A stretch of DNA of 64,000 bases, from contig JBHGNT010000001.1 in NCBI GenBank assembly GCA_043228905.1, positions 16,430,001 to 16,494,000 of the forward strand. The letters run 5' to 3'. The notes below the pieces were generated by a model that was not told where the DNA came from, searched no databases, and saw only the letters and a program-made list of their open reading frames with translations. The DNA comes from Azolla caroliniana (taxonomy: Eukaryota > Plantae > Polypodiophyta). Positions 35,701 through 47,388 of this stretch are shown here, in pieces. The position numbers and the translations under genes are program-made. Each line of letters opens with the position of its first letter. The first letter of the stretch is position 1.

Positions 35701-38326
35701 GTTTGCAGGCTAAGGAAGTCGCTTTATGGACTGAAGCAATCTCTGCGAGCCTGGTTCGACAGGTTAGAAGGGCTATGGTGGGTATGGGATACCAACAGAC
35801 AAATGCAGACCATACAGTGTTTTTTCAACAACACAATGAGCATACTACATTACTTGTTGTGTATGTGGACGATATAATTATCACGGGTAACGATGAAGGG
35901 GACATTGCCCAACTGAAGGTGCAATTGGGTAAAGAGTTTGAGGTGAAGGATCTAGGATTGCTACGATACTTTCTTGGAACTGAGGTAGCTCGTGGAGCAG
36001 ATGGAGTTGTTCTATGTCAGCGAAAATATGTATTAGATCTTCTCACAGAAACTGGAATGTTGGGTTGTAGGCCCATAGCTTCTCCAATCGACCAAAAGAT
36101 CAAGCTAACTGAACTTGCAGGAGAGAAAGTTGATCGTGAAAGGTATCAAAGATTGGTAGATCAGCTGATTTATTTGACTCACACCGGTCCAGATATTTCA
36201 TTTGCAGTAAGTGTATTAAGTCGCTACATGCATGATCCGAGGAAAGATCATATGGATGCAGTGTACCATATTCTAAGATATCTCAAAGGTGCCCCAGGGA
36301 AGGGATTAATCTTTAGAAAACATGGTCATTTTAACATTGAGGACTATTGTGATTCTGATTGGGCCAGTTGTGCTGATGATAGGAAATCCACATCAGTATA
36401 CTGCATGTTTGTTGGGGGCAATCTGGTATCTTGGAAGAGTAAGAAACAGTCAGTAGTAGCAAGGTCAATAGCTGAAGCAGAGTATAGAGCTATTGCTATA
36501 GGAGTTGCAGAGATGTTATGGCTGAGAACTCTCCTAGTAGAACTAAAGGTGAATCAAGAAAATCAGATGATGTTGTGGTGTGACAATAAGTCAGCAATCA
36601 GCATTGCCAACAATCCGGTACAGTACGATAGGACCAAACACATCGAAATCGACAGATTCTTTATCAAGGAAAAGGTTGATAATGGAATATTAAATTTGAG
36701 TCATGTTTCTCCTGAACGTCAAGTAGCAGATTGTCTTACAAAGAGACTTGGACCAGTAAGTCTTACTAGATTGTGTGACAAGATGGGCTTAGTGGATATT
36801 TTTCACCCATCTTGAGGGGGAGTGTTGAGAATGTTTAAAAGTTATAACGGCTAGCCCAACGGCTAGTTATTTCCAACGGCCATATCTTGGCCTTTATAAA
36901 GAGGAACTTTCTCCTCATGTAAAAATAAGCGATCTCTGTATTTTCTCCCTCCAGTTGTGACATACCAATGTATATTACTGAACAGATGGGCCTTCTCATT
37001 TTTCTTTAGGTTCAAGTCACATGGCATAAGCATAAATGCACTACCCCAGTCCAATACACAGCTTTTGGATTGTCCCCATCTAAACATGACCAAAGTGGAA
37101 AAGGATAGAGTGGTTCAAACTGATATTTCAAATTGAAGGACAAAAGAATGTAGGAAGATGGCCCACTATAAGGCACAGTTTTTACGTATATCAGAGGATG
37201 GATTCATCGCCATACACTCTTATATGGATATACATCTATTGCAGGGGAAGTTGCTGAAAGACAACAATTCGATAATACAACCACACAAGCTCATTAACTA
37301 AGGACAATCACAACTTTCTTTAGCTCCACTATTCCCGTTCATGCTACAAGTCAACCAAGGGCTACACAAGTGGGCTCGCATACAGGAGACAACAAAACGG
37401 TTTCAATTGATCAAAATTAGCAATTTGTTATGCACATAGACCTTGGCCTTGTGACCCTGATCTTGCCATCCTTGTCATTGACAGATAAAGGCTATTATCT
37501 CTTGCCATCACAATGTCTTACCTCTAGAGATCTTTCCATTCTAGATCAACATATGCTATTTTCAAGATAAAAGTTACTACCTAACTTGAGAATCTTTTAC
37601 ATGTAGGGATAATGGGATTCTTTAGTCACTTTTATTATTACTATCCTGAATCTTCATTAATATCCTGAAAGGTATTGTGTGATATTTTGCATAAAATTTA
37701 CAGAACTGGAAAGCACTGTGTCTCCTGATCACTATTAGTAAAAGGCACAACTAATATAAAACCTGGACAGTACTAAAACTAGAAAGGATCTCCAAAGTAG
37801 CTGGGGGTTTAAGAAACTGTATGACCAACGAGATTTTCTTGTCTATTGATGAGGAATCACATAATGTTATGATTCTAATAGTTTGGGGTCTGATAGGCCA
37901 GTATGCCACGACTGAGGTGTGACCACTCTCTTTTTCTTTCGTTGCTTCTTTTCCCTGATGTGTAATAACACATGGGCATTGCGAAAGATACATGTAGAGA
38001 GGTAGGCCTTTTATGCATCACAGGTTGCACTCGTCGAGTTAGGTTCTCGATTGACATTTTATCTGATACACTTATCTGAAACTTTTCCATTCTTTGATGT
38101 GCCCTTTTTGTAAGTTCAAGCCCTTTAGTTACATGTGAAAGATAAGAATTAGTTCATAATATGAAAATTTTAAAACTGTTTAGGGATTTTCAAAGTACTT
38201 CATAATGTGAAACATTTCCAAGTTAAAATTTATATAAAGAATCTCTTCTTCTTTTTTAATCCAGTGCCTAAAGATATGCAGCTTGCAAGACGTTTGCGTG
38301 GCAACACCATTGACAGGCCTTGGTGA
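32698..38326 (+). CDS. CENH3: Centromere-specific histone H3 (158 aa; exons 32698-32767, 33443-33636, 33851-33925, 34054-34129, 38265-38326)
   Basis: Spliced product [10 protein letters not shown]...[22 protein letters not shown]...[75 protein letters not shown]. All introns are GT-AG and phase-compatible (477 nt total). Divergent N-tail, longer loop 1, RW instead of RF and a C-terminal RPW are typical of plant CENH3 rather than canonical H3. Confidence 0.93.
33443..33636 (+). CDS. CENH3: CENH3 coding exon 2
   Basis: [17 protein letters not shown]; CAG acceptor and GTGGGT donor. Confidence 0.93.
33851..33925 (+). CDS. CENH3: CENH3 coding exon 3 (loop 1/CATD)
   Basis: [25 protein letters not shown]; CAG acceptor, GTAAAG donor. 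Confidence 0.93.
34054..34129 (+). CDS. CENH3: CENH3 coding exon 4
   Basis: [25 protein letters not shown]; CAG acceptor, GTAAGT donor. Confidence 0.94.
34270..34392. mobile_element. Possible hAT/MITE-like remnant with AACC/CGGTT subterminal motifs
   Basis: Clustered GAACC/AACCG followed by CGGTTCGGTTCGGTT motifs. No clear TIR/TSD pair. Confidence 0.35.
34398..37600 (+). mobile_element. Old RTE/RTE-X-like LINE in the last CENH3 intron (34398-34850 and 37008-37600), split by copia F
   Basis: Homology to LINE copy 2 ([49 protein letters not shown]). Internal ~128-bp duplication at ~34456-34712. Confidence 0.82.
34851..37005 (+). mobile_element. Ty1/copia element F (same family as E), 5'-truncated, with RT-RNase H, PPT and 3' LTR 36823-37005
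   Basis: ORF 35703-36815 is almost identical to the copia E RT. PPT TTGAGGGGGAG. LTR matches 32039-32237. Confidence 0.9.
38265..38326 (+). CDS. CENH3: CENH3 last coding exon
   Basis: (M)[19 protein letters not shown]; polypyrimidine tract plus CAG acceptor; phase 1 matches the previous exon. Confidence 0.92.
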
Positions 38327-40941
38327 TTTGTACACACTTAAATCTTTTCAATTATCTAATTAGGTAGGAATTCACCAAAATAAAATTCTCTAGCTATTAC
38401 ATAATAAGTAAGTAGCGTCTGACCTGTTCAACGTCATTAACGTGTCAATCAACTATAAAACCACCATGTATATATATATGAGTGAAGTCCTAAACATAGA
38501 TATGACTTAATTCATGTTGTATAATTCGGAAAACAAATTGGCAACATTGCCATATGGTTACTGATGCTTTTATGGAATAGTTAGTACTTAGTACATTATC
38601 TGATTTTGATGGTATATGTTGGCTATATATTTTCCTTGTTCAAATGCGAAAAATTATTGATTCAGAGCGCTTGACATCATAATTGGTGTATTTATTCTTG
38701 GATTATCCTTAACCTGATTCTGGTAATAGAATTATAAGAGGTGAATATTTCTCTTATGGTGTTTTTATGTAATGAAAAAAGACACAGAAGAATAAAGCGT
38801 TGCTGCTTTCTCGTTAATATTCAGCTAGTTCGTTAAGTTTTACTGAATAACTGCAAATATATCACAAAACATATTGGTTTGGGAAGGCATATAAATTACA
38901 TTTTCATCAGGAATTTGCCTCTCCTTATGAATACTATTAAAGAGGACATGTCTTTTCAAAGCTGTGTAAAAAAATGACATGTCTTGTAAAGTGGTTCTTA
39001 AATGAGATACATAGATATTAGGCTATATGCTTAAAAAAGAAGAAAGAAGAAAAAGAAAAAGAAAAAAGAGAAGGAAAAAAGGAAAAAAAGAGGAAATATT
39101 TATTTATTTACTATTAATACGATTGAAATTCATAATCTAACAAAGAATTGCATAAATTACAACTTGATTCTGTGTCTGCCATTCTGTTTATATTAGACTA
39201 GACATCATTACTCCAAAAAATAAGGAGAATTAGTCTTGGCATGAGTATGAACTCCAAAAAATAAGGAACTAGTGTGTGCTTATCAAAATACAACAGAACA
39301 CATCGACCACCTAAGGTTTGCCAAGTTCTGGAAAGAAAATCATTAACATCAAGTACAAGAGAATGCATTAACCATCTAATGCTTGATAGAAATATTTAGA
39401 AGATTCTTTTATTTATTTAGGAGAAAGGACATAAGCATAAACCGCTACAAGGCTTCAAATGGAAATCAATTGAAACCCAAAATGAACTATATTCTATTTT
39501 GAGCCAAAGTGGAAATTATTTGCACACATAAAATTCATGAAATGATTCATTGATCAAATTTCTTAAACACCCTCATTGACTAAGATCAACAAAGACCCAA
39601 ATTAGCGAATGTTTTCCATTTTGAATAAATTAAAATGTGGTACACAGTAAAATGTATTACGAAGTGGATAGAACAAATATTCATCTAAGTGTCCCTTATG
39701 TACACTATTTATCCTTTACAATTATCTATTAATGAAGCTATTATAAGATGGTTCTATGTAATGGTTCTTCAATTGCACCTCACCTTCATAGTATTCTACA
39801 TTATGAAAATGCGTGTGAGTGCACCGACACATAAATGTACATATAATTACTCGTGCAATTGTTTTGTCTTAGAACATGGGAAGTAGTCGTGATTTCACAA
39901 CAAAGGTTGATCTAGGAAAGGTAAACTCTTTTATTAAGTTATGGAGATTGAGTGTCACATTTTCTAATATATGTATATTCCCTTATTAGTTTAATTGCTA
40001 TAAATAAAATGAGCTTGAGTTGGCTTCAAAAAGGTGAAGGAGAGGAATGATATTTTCTGTCCATAAGCTCCATATGGATTATCATGTTTATTATTTAGAA
40101 TATTTGATATATCTTCCTCATTGAAAATACATAATAATGACTATATTGTAACAATAAATATCAAGTTTTCTATCTCTAATATAGCCAACTCAATCATAAG
40201 TTCCCATGGATCGGCAAGGAGAAGATTTTGTAAGTGATCCATGCAAGTCTTAATTTTGAAACCTATTGTGAGGTTTGACACTAGAAGTTTAGGTCACACA
40301 GTCAATTTCAAGTTTGAATATTTACATAGTTCACATTATGTACCTCCTGTGATCTCATCCAATTGCAGTTATGTAACCTGTTGAAAAAGGTTGAGCTTCA
40401 TTTGGAGGTCGTTTACATGTGTATACGACTATATAATTTTGATTGGGCTATGGCTAACACGCTAATGTTGGTTCACGTGTTAATGTGTCACCATGCTAAG
40501 TGGGGTTCAATGCATAGTGTGAGTTCGCGCATAGGGATTGCGATATATTGAACTAGTTGTGTGGAGAATTAATATCATATCTCATGGTTGGCAAAAAGTT
40601 TGCATCAACTCGTGCCAAGAGTGTTGAGGGATCCAAATTCAGAGGTTGTTGATTTGACATCTTACCAACTAGATTTTGCAAAGAGCTCTAGAGTTTTTCC
40701 ATTGACCAACCCTTGAGATAAAGGATAAGCCAAGAAGAAAAAACTAATGGAGAACATGTCTTTGAATAACATATTTTTTAAGAAACTATAAAAGTAGATG
40801 TCGACTAAACTCGATCAATTAGACCAAAGAATATCAAAATCAAATCAAGTTATTGTGACGCATTTGGAAGGATATATTTTCCACCAATTGATCTTAGCAT
40901 ATAATGATTGACTAGTCGTGGTGTTGAAAATGCAAGTAGCA

Positions 40942-40994
40942 TGTATGTATGTATGTATGTATGTATGTATGTATGTATGTATGTATGTATGTAT
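40942..40994. repeat. (TATG)n microsatellite
   Basis: Directly visible. Confidence 0.9.
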
Positions 40995-41539
40995 ACAAAT
41001 ATATAAAGTCAATCACTACTTTTAAATAGAAATAGTTGTTGGTTTGTACATTCAGCAAATTCCATTCCTTTGCACGTATCTAATATGATAATTAAAATCA
41101 CACTTGGAAGTCTACATCATTAATCACTTTATGTTCCAATATATGTCAAACATGGATAATTGATAATATATAGATTATTGTACTATTGTTTAGAATATGT
41201 CATGATCATGTATGATTGGTGATGACACATCAAGAGCAAATTATGTTCAAAGTCTCCTAACAAGCTTTCAGGACATGGGTTTGTCTAATTATTCACTTGA
41301 AGACAATTCCATGAAACCATTGAATTCATGCAAGTCGTCGTCAAATCTAATTTTTATAATGGAAACTCAAAGTCACAATAAGTTGCAATTGTTGCAAACA
41401 TGCATATTCTAACTTCAATAAATGACACAATGAAGTATTTGTCAACGAAACACAAGTAACTTCGATGGTCAAGTCAAATATATCTTGATCAAATTGCATC
41501 TTAAACATTAACCAAACATTAGCCATCTCTTTATTAGAG

Positions 41540-41730
41540 CAAGGGAGGTACCAATAACATTCCGTATAAACATTGGGACCCTAAAACTACAATAATATAA
41601 TTATTAGTAACTTTTCATGCACATGAACAAAATCAAGGGAGGTACCAATAACATTCCCTATAAACATTGGGACCCTAAAACTACAATAATATAATTATTA
41701 GTAACTTTTCATGCACATGAACAAAATCAA
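41540..41730. repeat. 94-bp tandem duplication
   Basis: CAAGGGAGGTACCAATAACATTCC...GAACAAAAT twice. Confidence 0.9.
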
Positions 41731-41765
41731 TCAATCTCTCGCTCTCCTTTTTTTATTATCGTAAT

Positions 41766-41827
41766 TAGCTTACCCTAGTGGTAAGTTGTTAACACTACAA
41801 GCATTGTGTCTTGGGTTCAAAACCCAA
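41766..41827 (+). mobile_element. tRNA-derived SINE-like head
   Basis: A-box-like CCTAGTGGTAA and B-box-like GGGTTCAAAACCC at tRNA-like spacing. Confidence 0.5.
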
Positions 41828-41853
41828 TTTTCTCACTTCTCTCTATTATATAT

Positions 41854-42122
41854 GTCATATATATCTCTTAATTCACTAGATGCCATTGTGGAATGTAGGG
41901 GTTGAACCCATGACCACATGGTCTCCATTGGGCAACCTTACCAACTAAGCTACATCCATCTGGGCACTCTCTCTCTCTCTCTCTCTATACGTCATATATA
42001 TCTCTTAATTCACTAGATGCCACTGTGGAATGTAGGGGTTGAACCCATGACCACATGGTCTCTCCATTGGGTAACCTTACCAACTAAGCTACATCCATCT
42101 GGGCACTCTCTCTCTCTCTCTC
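41854..42122 (-). mobile_element. Two tandem copies (137-bp period) of a tRNA-derived SINE-like unit
   Basis: Minus strand GGATGTAGCTTAGTTGGTAAGG...GGTCATGGGTTCAACCCCTACATTCC has an A box, a B box and an acceptor-like stem, but no proper anticodon arm. Confidence 0.7.
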
Positions 42123-42478
42123 CATCGAACATGTGTTTTTTTACTAGAACTCTTTTGCTTAAGTTCTTTTTCTTTTTTTTTTCCTTTCGATGAATGGGTA
42201 AATACCCCATCTTTGTTGTAAACCAATTGTCTCATGGGCCAATTTTGGTCTTAGAAGACGTTAATATCTCTCTATCTCTCTCTCTCTCCATAAACTAGGT
42301 CTAGTATAAAGCCATCGAACATGTGTTTTTTTACTAGAACTCTTTCGCTTAAGTTCTTTTTCTTTTTCTTTTCCTTTCGATGAATGGGTAAATACCCCAT
42401 CTTTGTTGTAAACCAATTGTCGCATGGGCCAATTTTGGTCTTAGAAGATGTTAGTATATCTTTCCATCGCTCTCTCTA
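42122..42478 (+). mobile_element. Two copies (190-bp period) of a short LINE/SINE 3' end related to the RTE-like LINE tail
   Basis: GGCCAATTTTGGTCTTAGAAGACGTTAATAT(CT)n resembles the LINE end GGCCATTTTGGCCTCTTAAAAGACGTTAATATA(TCTT)n. Confidence 0.6.
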
Positions 42479-42488
42479 TCACACACAC

Positions 42489-42525
<37 letters not shown>

Positions 42526-42561
42526 CATGCATGCATGCATGCATGTATGTATCTCGATATG

Positions 42562-42940
42562 TACATACATACATATTATATATATACACATACATATTAA
42601 CATTCCCTATAAACTTTGGGATCCTAAAACTACAATAATATAATCATTAATTTATTGGAACTTTTCGTGCATATGAATGGGTAAATACATACATACATAC
42701 ATATTATATATATACACATACATATTAACATTCCCTATAAACTTTGGGATCCTAAAACTACAATAATATAATCATTAATTTATTGGAACTTTTCGTGCAT
42801 ATGAATGGGTAAATACATACATACATACATATTATATATATACACATACATATTAACATTCCCTATAAACTTTGGGATCCTAAAACTACAATAATATAAT
42901 CATTAATTTATTGGAACTTTTCGTGCATATGAACAAAATC
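42562..42940. repeat. ~127-bp tandem repeat x3, core related to the 94-bp repeat at 41540
   Basis: AACATTCCCTATAAACTTTGGGATCCTAAAACTACAATAATATAA three times. Confidence 0.9.
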
Positions 42941-42964
42941 TCTCTCTCTCTCTCTCTCCCCCTC

Positions 42965-42995
42965 GCATGTATGTATGTATATATATGTGTGTATG

Positions 42996-43084
<89 letters not shown>

Positions 43085-43085
43085 A
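42965..43085. repeat. Compound (TATG)n/(GT)n microsatellite
   Basis: Directly visible. Confidence 0.9.
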
Positions 43086-46000
43086 TATGATCGTCCCACC
43101 AACTATATTGATTTGGTTTCATAGTCATGAATCATGATGCATGTCTTTGTGGCACCACCTAAATGATCAATCTTTTCAAGTAAATATAAATAAAACAAAT
43201 TCCAATTAAGAAATTAAAATGTCCATGTTTAAAACAACAACATAGCATACTATTATGCAATTAAAAAAATCGGTATATGCCATATGCCAACAATATCTCG
43301 AAGGTAATTGACTAAGTTGGGAGTGCGAGTGATTATGATATACACACCATTACATTTGAAATGTCTAGTTTATAAGAGACCCTTATTTAAAGGATCGTGT
43401 TGTTACATTGATCATAAACCATTCTCTTGAATAAATAAGTCACTTGCTAGTGACACCTACAAAATTTCAAATAAATGATAGTTTGTAGTCATCCTCCATT
43501 TTTTGTTCAATTTATGATAATCTATTGAAAGTTGGTATAACCTCTTAATCATTATGGAGATTCTATATAGGACACCTCCTTTAAAAATTATATTTTGCAT
43601 CATTTTTTATTTGTGTATATTTTAATGCCGAAATGATAAACCCACCTCTCACCTCCTACGGAGGATCACAATAACTAATCCATGAGAAAACCAAAATCTT
43701 TGAATACATCGAAAAGCTTGTGGATATCTTAAATAGCCTAGTCCAGGAGGATGTTTTATGTGGATGAATCTCTATATTATGACTTTTGTAGTACCTCTAC
43801 TTCTAACATGGTGTTTATTGTAATAACATTTTGATTTCCTCCCACTTATCGATTATTTCAACATATATAATTCCCTTTCTAAACACATTGTAAACTAATC
43901 ACAACTAATCGTTCTCAATGTGAGGGTATGTTTATCCTGAAAACAAGGTTTAGATTCAAAGGGATGGACCTATGTTAGGATGGAAACGATGGATAGTATG
44001 GGCAGCTGGCTTATGTTGACATTTTTGAATACTACAATGTAGTATGTGATAAGTACATAAATTAGTTGACTCTTATGTTTTAATGTAGCAAACACGGAAT
44101 TTAGGTAGTGATCTTGAAAAAAAGGACCAATGATAATAAATGCAAGGGGTGAATATGGCAATCATTTCAAACAAAAATATACATCACAAGTAATACCACA
44201 TTGGACATAATGTGTATGTGATTATTTCACAAAATATAAGAGAGCAAACATGCAATAGATTCAAGAAGTTATCAATGGATAAACTTTTGTGAGCAAAACC
44301 TCCGATACCAAAATAATCAACTCGCATAACACGATTATAAAATACTTGACAGAAACACCTCTTCCTTACTGATTTTTCCTAATGAGTCTTATGAACATGA
44401 GGTGTTGTCCCTAAATTAAACCGATTTAATTAATGGGTATAAGTGAGTTGCAATATACATAATGATATACATAAATGGAACTAAAGCCCATGGTAATGTG
44501 TTCATTGCAATAACTTGAAGTTCGTGAGCTCTTGTCCACATGAAACTACTTAAATTTGGACCAAGATTTGACAAGAACAAAAATGTTGTGAATCAATATG
44601 GTTCTTTTTATTTCTATTTTGTTTTGCATTGAATTGGCTTGGCTTATGTAATTTATGAACAAGCAAATGATTTGGAATACCTTATAAATGTTCCGAAACT
44701 TTTTGGATTCAATCAATATAATTAATGGTGTGTAACCGAGTATTCTATCTTTATTTCTAAGTATAGTGCTAAGCATATCATGCCTTCCATTTCCCTTTCT
44801 TCTTTTGAGAAAACATTCTAATAGAAATGTTTAATAAGTTGTTTCATACTCTACATTTTTTATGTTCTAGAATTAGGAACGATTTCAACGCCCCTATTTA
44901 AGCCATTGGATATCGAAAAGGCCCACACATTCTTTGCATATCTACCCGCGACTTGTTATTCAATAATTTCAAATCTACAATGGGTATACGAAAGTATACT
45001 GTATAATAGCACTTGGGATTTCATGTGATCGTTTTATTTCACATGTCCTAAAATAGACATTCCAATGGTCACTTTTGATAAGTTGTTCTGTGTCCTTTTC
45101 TCTCATTCTGATACTGAATTACTTTCCAAAAGACAATCGAGATTGACCAAATAGATGAAATAGAAAAATGCACATGCACATGTTGCATTTTTTCTTTTGT
45201 ATTTGACGTTAGAATGTGTCATTCAAGTACTTGACATGTAAAATCTCTCGGGCGTGCATAAGGAAGACAAAATAAATATTATGGGAACACTTTGGGTTTT
45301 TAATATCCACGAGAGGGGAGGCGGTCATTTATAAATATGTAACCATAGCCTATGGGCTCAATGCAAGGGTTGATTAAAGCACTTTTGTAAATGTTATTGA
45401 TCTTTTACAAGGGTGGGGGTATACATAATGATAGAATCAAATAGAAGAATGGTGCATTTGATTCACAAGGAACACACAGATTCAATTTTAATGGCAATAT
45501 TGTGTGTGGCGAGGAGGATAAATCATAAATATGTAACCATAGCACATGAGTTCAATTGAAGGGCTTCTTAAAACCTTATTTTTACTGATCGCTTCACAAA
45601 AGATAAACATTTAAGCGGAACACAATAATTGAATAGGTGAAAAGGAGACAATGCAATGCACACAGAAGTTTTCTATTTGGAATCGATTGGGATGCAATAT
45701 ATATTAATGGTTTTACAAATGCAAGAGAGTAAGACTCTATGAAATGGGATTGTCCTTTTTCGTGTTTCAATAGGCTAAGGTTATTAGTAAGCTTCTATGA
45801 AATGGAACTGTCCTTTTTCGTGTTCGTATAGGCTAAGGCTAGAAAGAATATAGTCAATGTAGACAATTGTAAAACATTCAAGCAACATTTCGTGGTGCAC
45901 CTCATGTCATGTGGAAAAACGCTCGTGATGTTAATGAAGAGTGGAAAGAGACGCCCACATAACCAACAATCTTTCACTAATATCTTTCTTTAGGAATTGA

Positions 46001-46865
46001 CCGAGCTCCTTTCCTTGCTTGATATGAGGCCTAGAATTTTTGGAATTTATGAGAAATTCGAGATAATCCGACTGTATATTTTGTTCCCTAGTTAAAAATT
46101 CCATTTGGAAATTCAACTCTTGTTTTCGTGTTGTTGCATCCCAAGTGGAAATTTACACGAGGAGGGGTTACATAATGTACAAGCAAGCATAACCAAAATT
46201 GCAAGTGAAGCTTTTCTTTTTAATATTCGGGGCAGACCATATACCTTTGAATGCAACAAATAATGGAGGTCCAGGAAAGGGTGAGGAAACAAGACAAATA
46301 GAGACGATGATCTAACTACATATGTATACAAATGTCAACCATGGGAGAGATCCTCCTCTTTTGGGTGACAAAATTGGGTGTAGTGCACATGAGCGTTGGG
46401 GAGGCATCAAAACTTAAAGAAAAAGAGAGACCAAGTAAAGTTAAAAGAAAGAGGAGGCAACTTGGGGGGGTCAAATTTGGAATCCCTAGTTATAAGGGAT
46501 GTGTGATGAGATAACTTGGCATACATAACATACATAATATAGTATAGTTGTGGTATACATTTCAAAGGAGTGGAAAAAAACCTCCACACATAAAATATAG
46601 GGCTGAAAGAGCACTTGCCAGCTAAGATGAGCAACAATCCAAAATGAATCTCACTGTCTGCCATAACTATTTATACTGCTTCTTGTTTTCCCCTTACTTC
46701 ATTCTATTGATAGAGAAGGAAAGGGCATTCAGCGTTCACATCACACCCATACATACTAAGTCTTGACTTGACTTGCATGCTTCATGTATGTATGTATATA
46801 AGTGAGTGCTGATTGCATCCTTGTGATATCATATCCCTCTCCCCTCTTCTTTTGGTTACAACTAT

Positions 46866-46904
<39 letters not shown>

Positions 46905-46936
46905 TATCCATAGTAGCTGCAGTGCCATACCATACC

Positions 46937-47388
46937 ATGGAGGGGATGAGTTTGCAGAAACACAAAATGTTGTTGTATGTGAGTGTGGTGCTGGCACTGA
47001 TGATGAGTAGTAGTAGTTTAGTGGATCGTAATGATGGGATTCGGGGTGTCGCGGCGGCCGACGAAGAGGACAGTTGGTTCGACCGCATGTCGCAGACGTC
47101 TAGCTCTTATGATGTACAACCCAAAGAATACAACAAGAAAGGGAGCTTTTGGGTTCACCACAAACACCAACACCATAAGAAGACGACGGGTCGGAGCAAC
47201 TTGGAAGTGTCGGAGCAGCTGACGCGCGGTGACGCATTCGCGGCATCCACCCCTTCGTCTACCCCCAACACCATCGTTGTTGCCAAAGACGGCTCCGGAA
47301 ACTTCAAGACCGTCCAGGCTGCCGTAAACAGCATCCCCAAATCCAACAAGAAGCGTGTCGTCATCCAGATCAAGGCCGGAATCTACAA
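46937..47388 (+). CDS. PME exon 1
   Basis: Signal peptide and N-terminus of the PME domain; AA|GTGTGT donor. Confidence 0.9.

Noticed and set aside
41887-42096. True tRNA genes
   Set aside because: A and B boxes are present, but there is no canonical anticodon stem-loop and the units are tandemly duplicated among microsatellites.
46802-46936. Poly-Thr N-terminal extension of PME
   Set aside because: It is a (TAC)n microsatellite in the 5' UTR read from a non-ATG start. The signal peptide follows ATG 46937.
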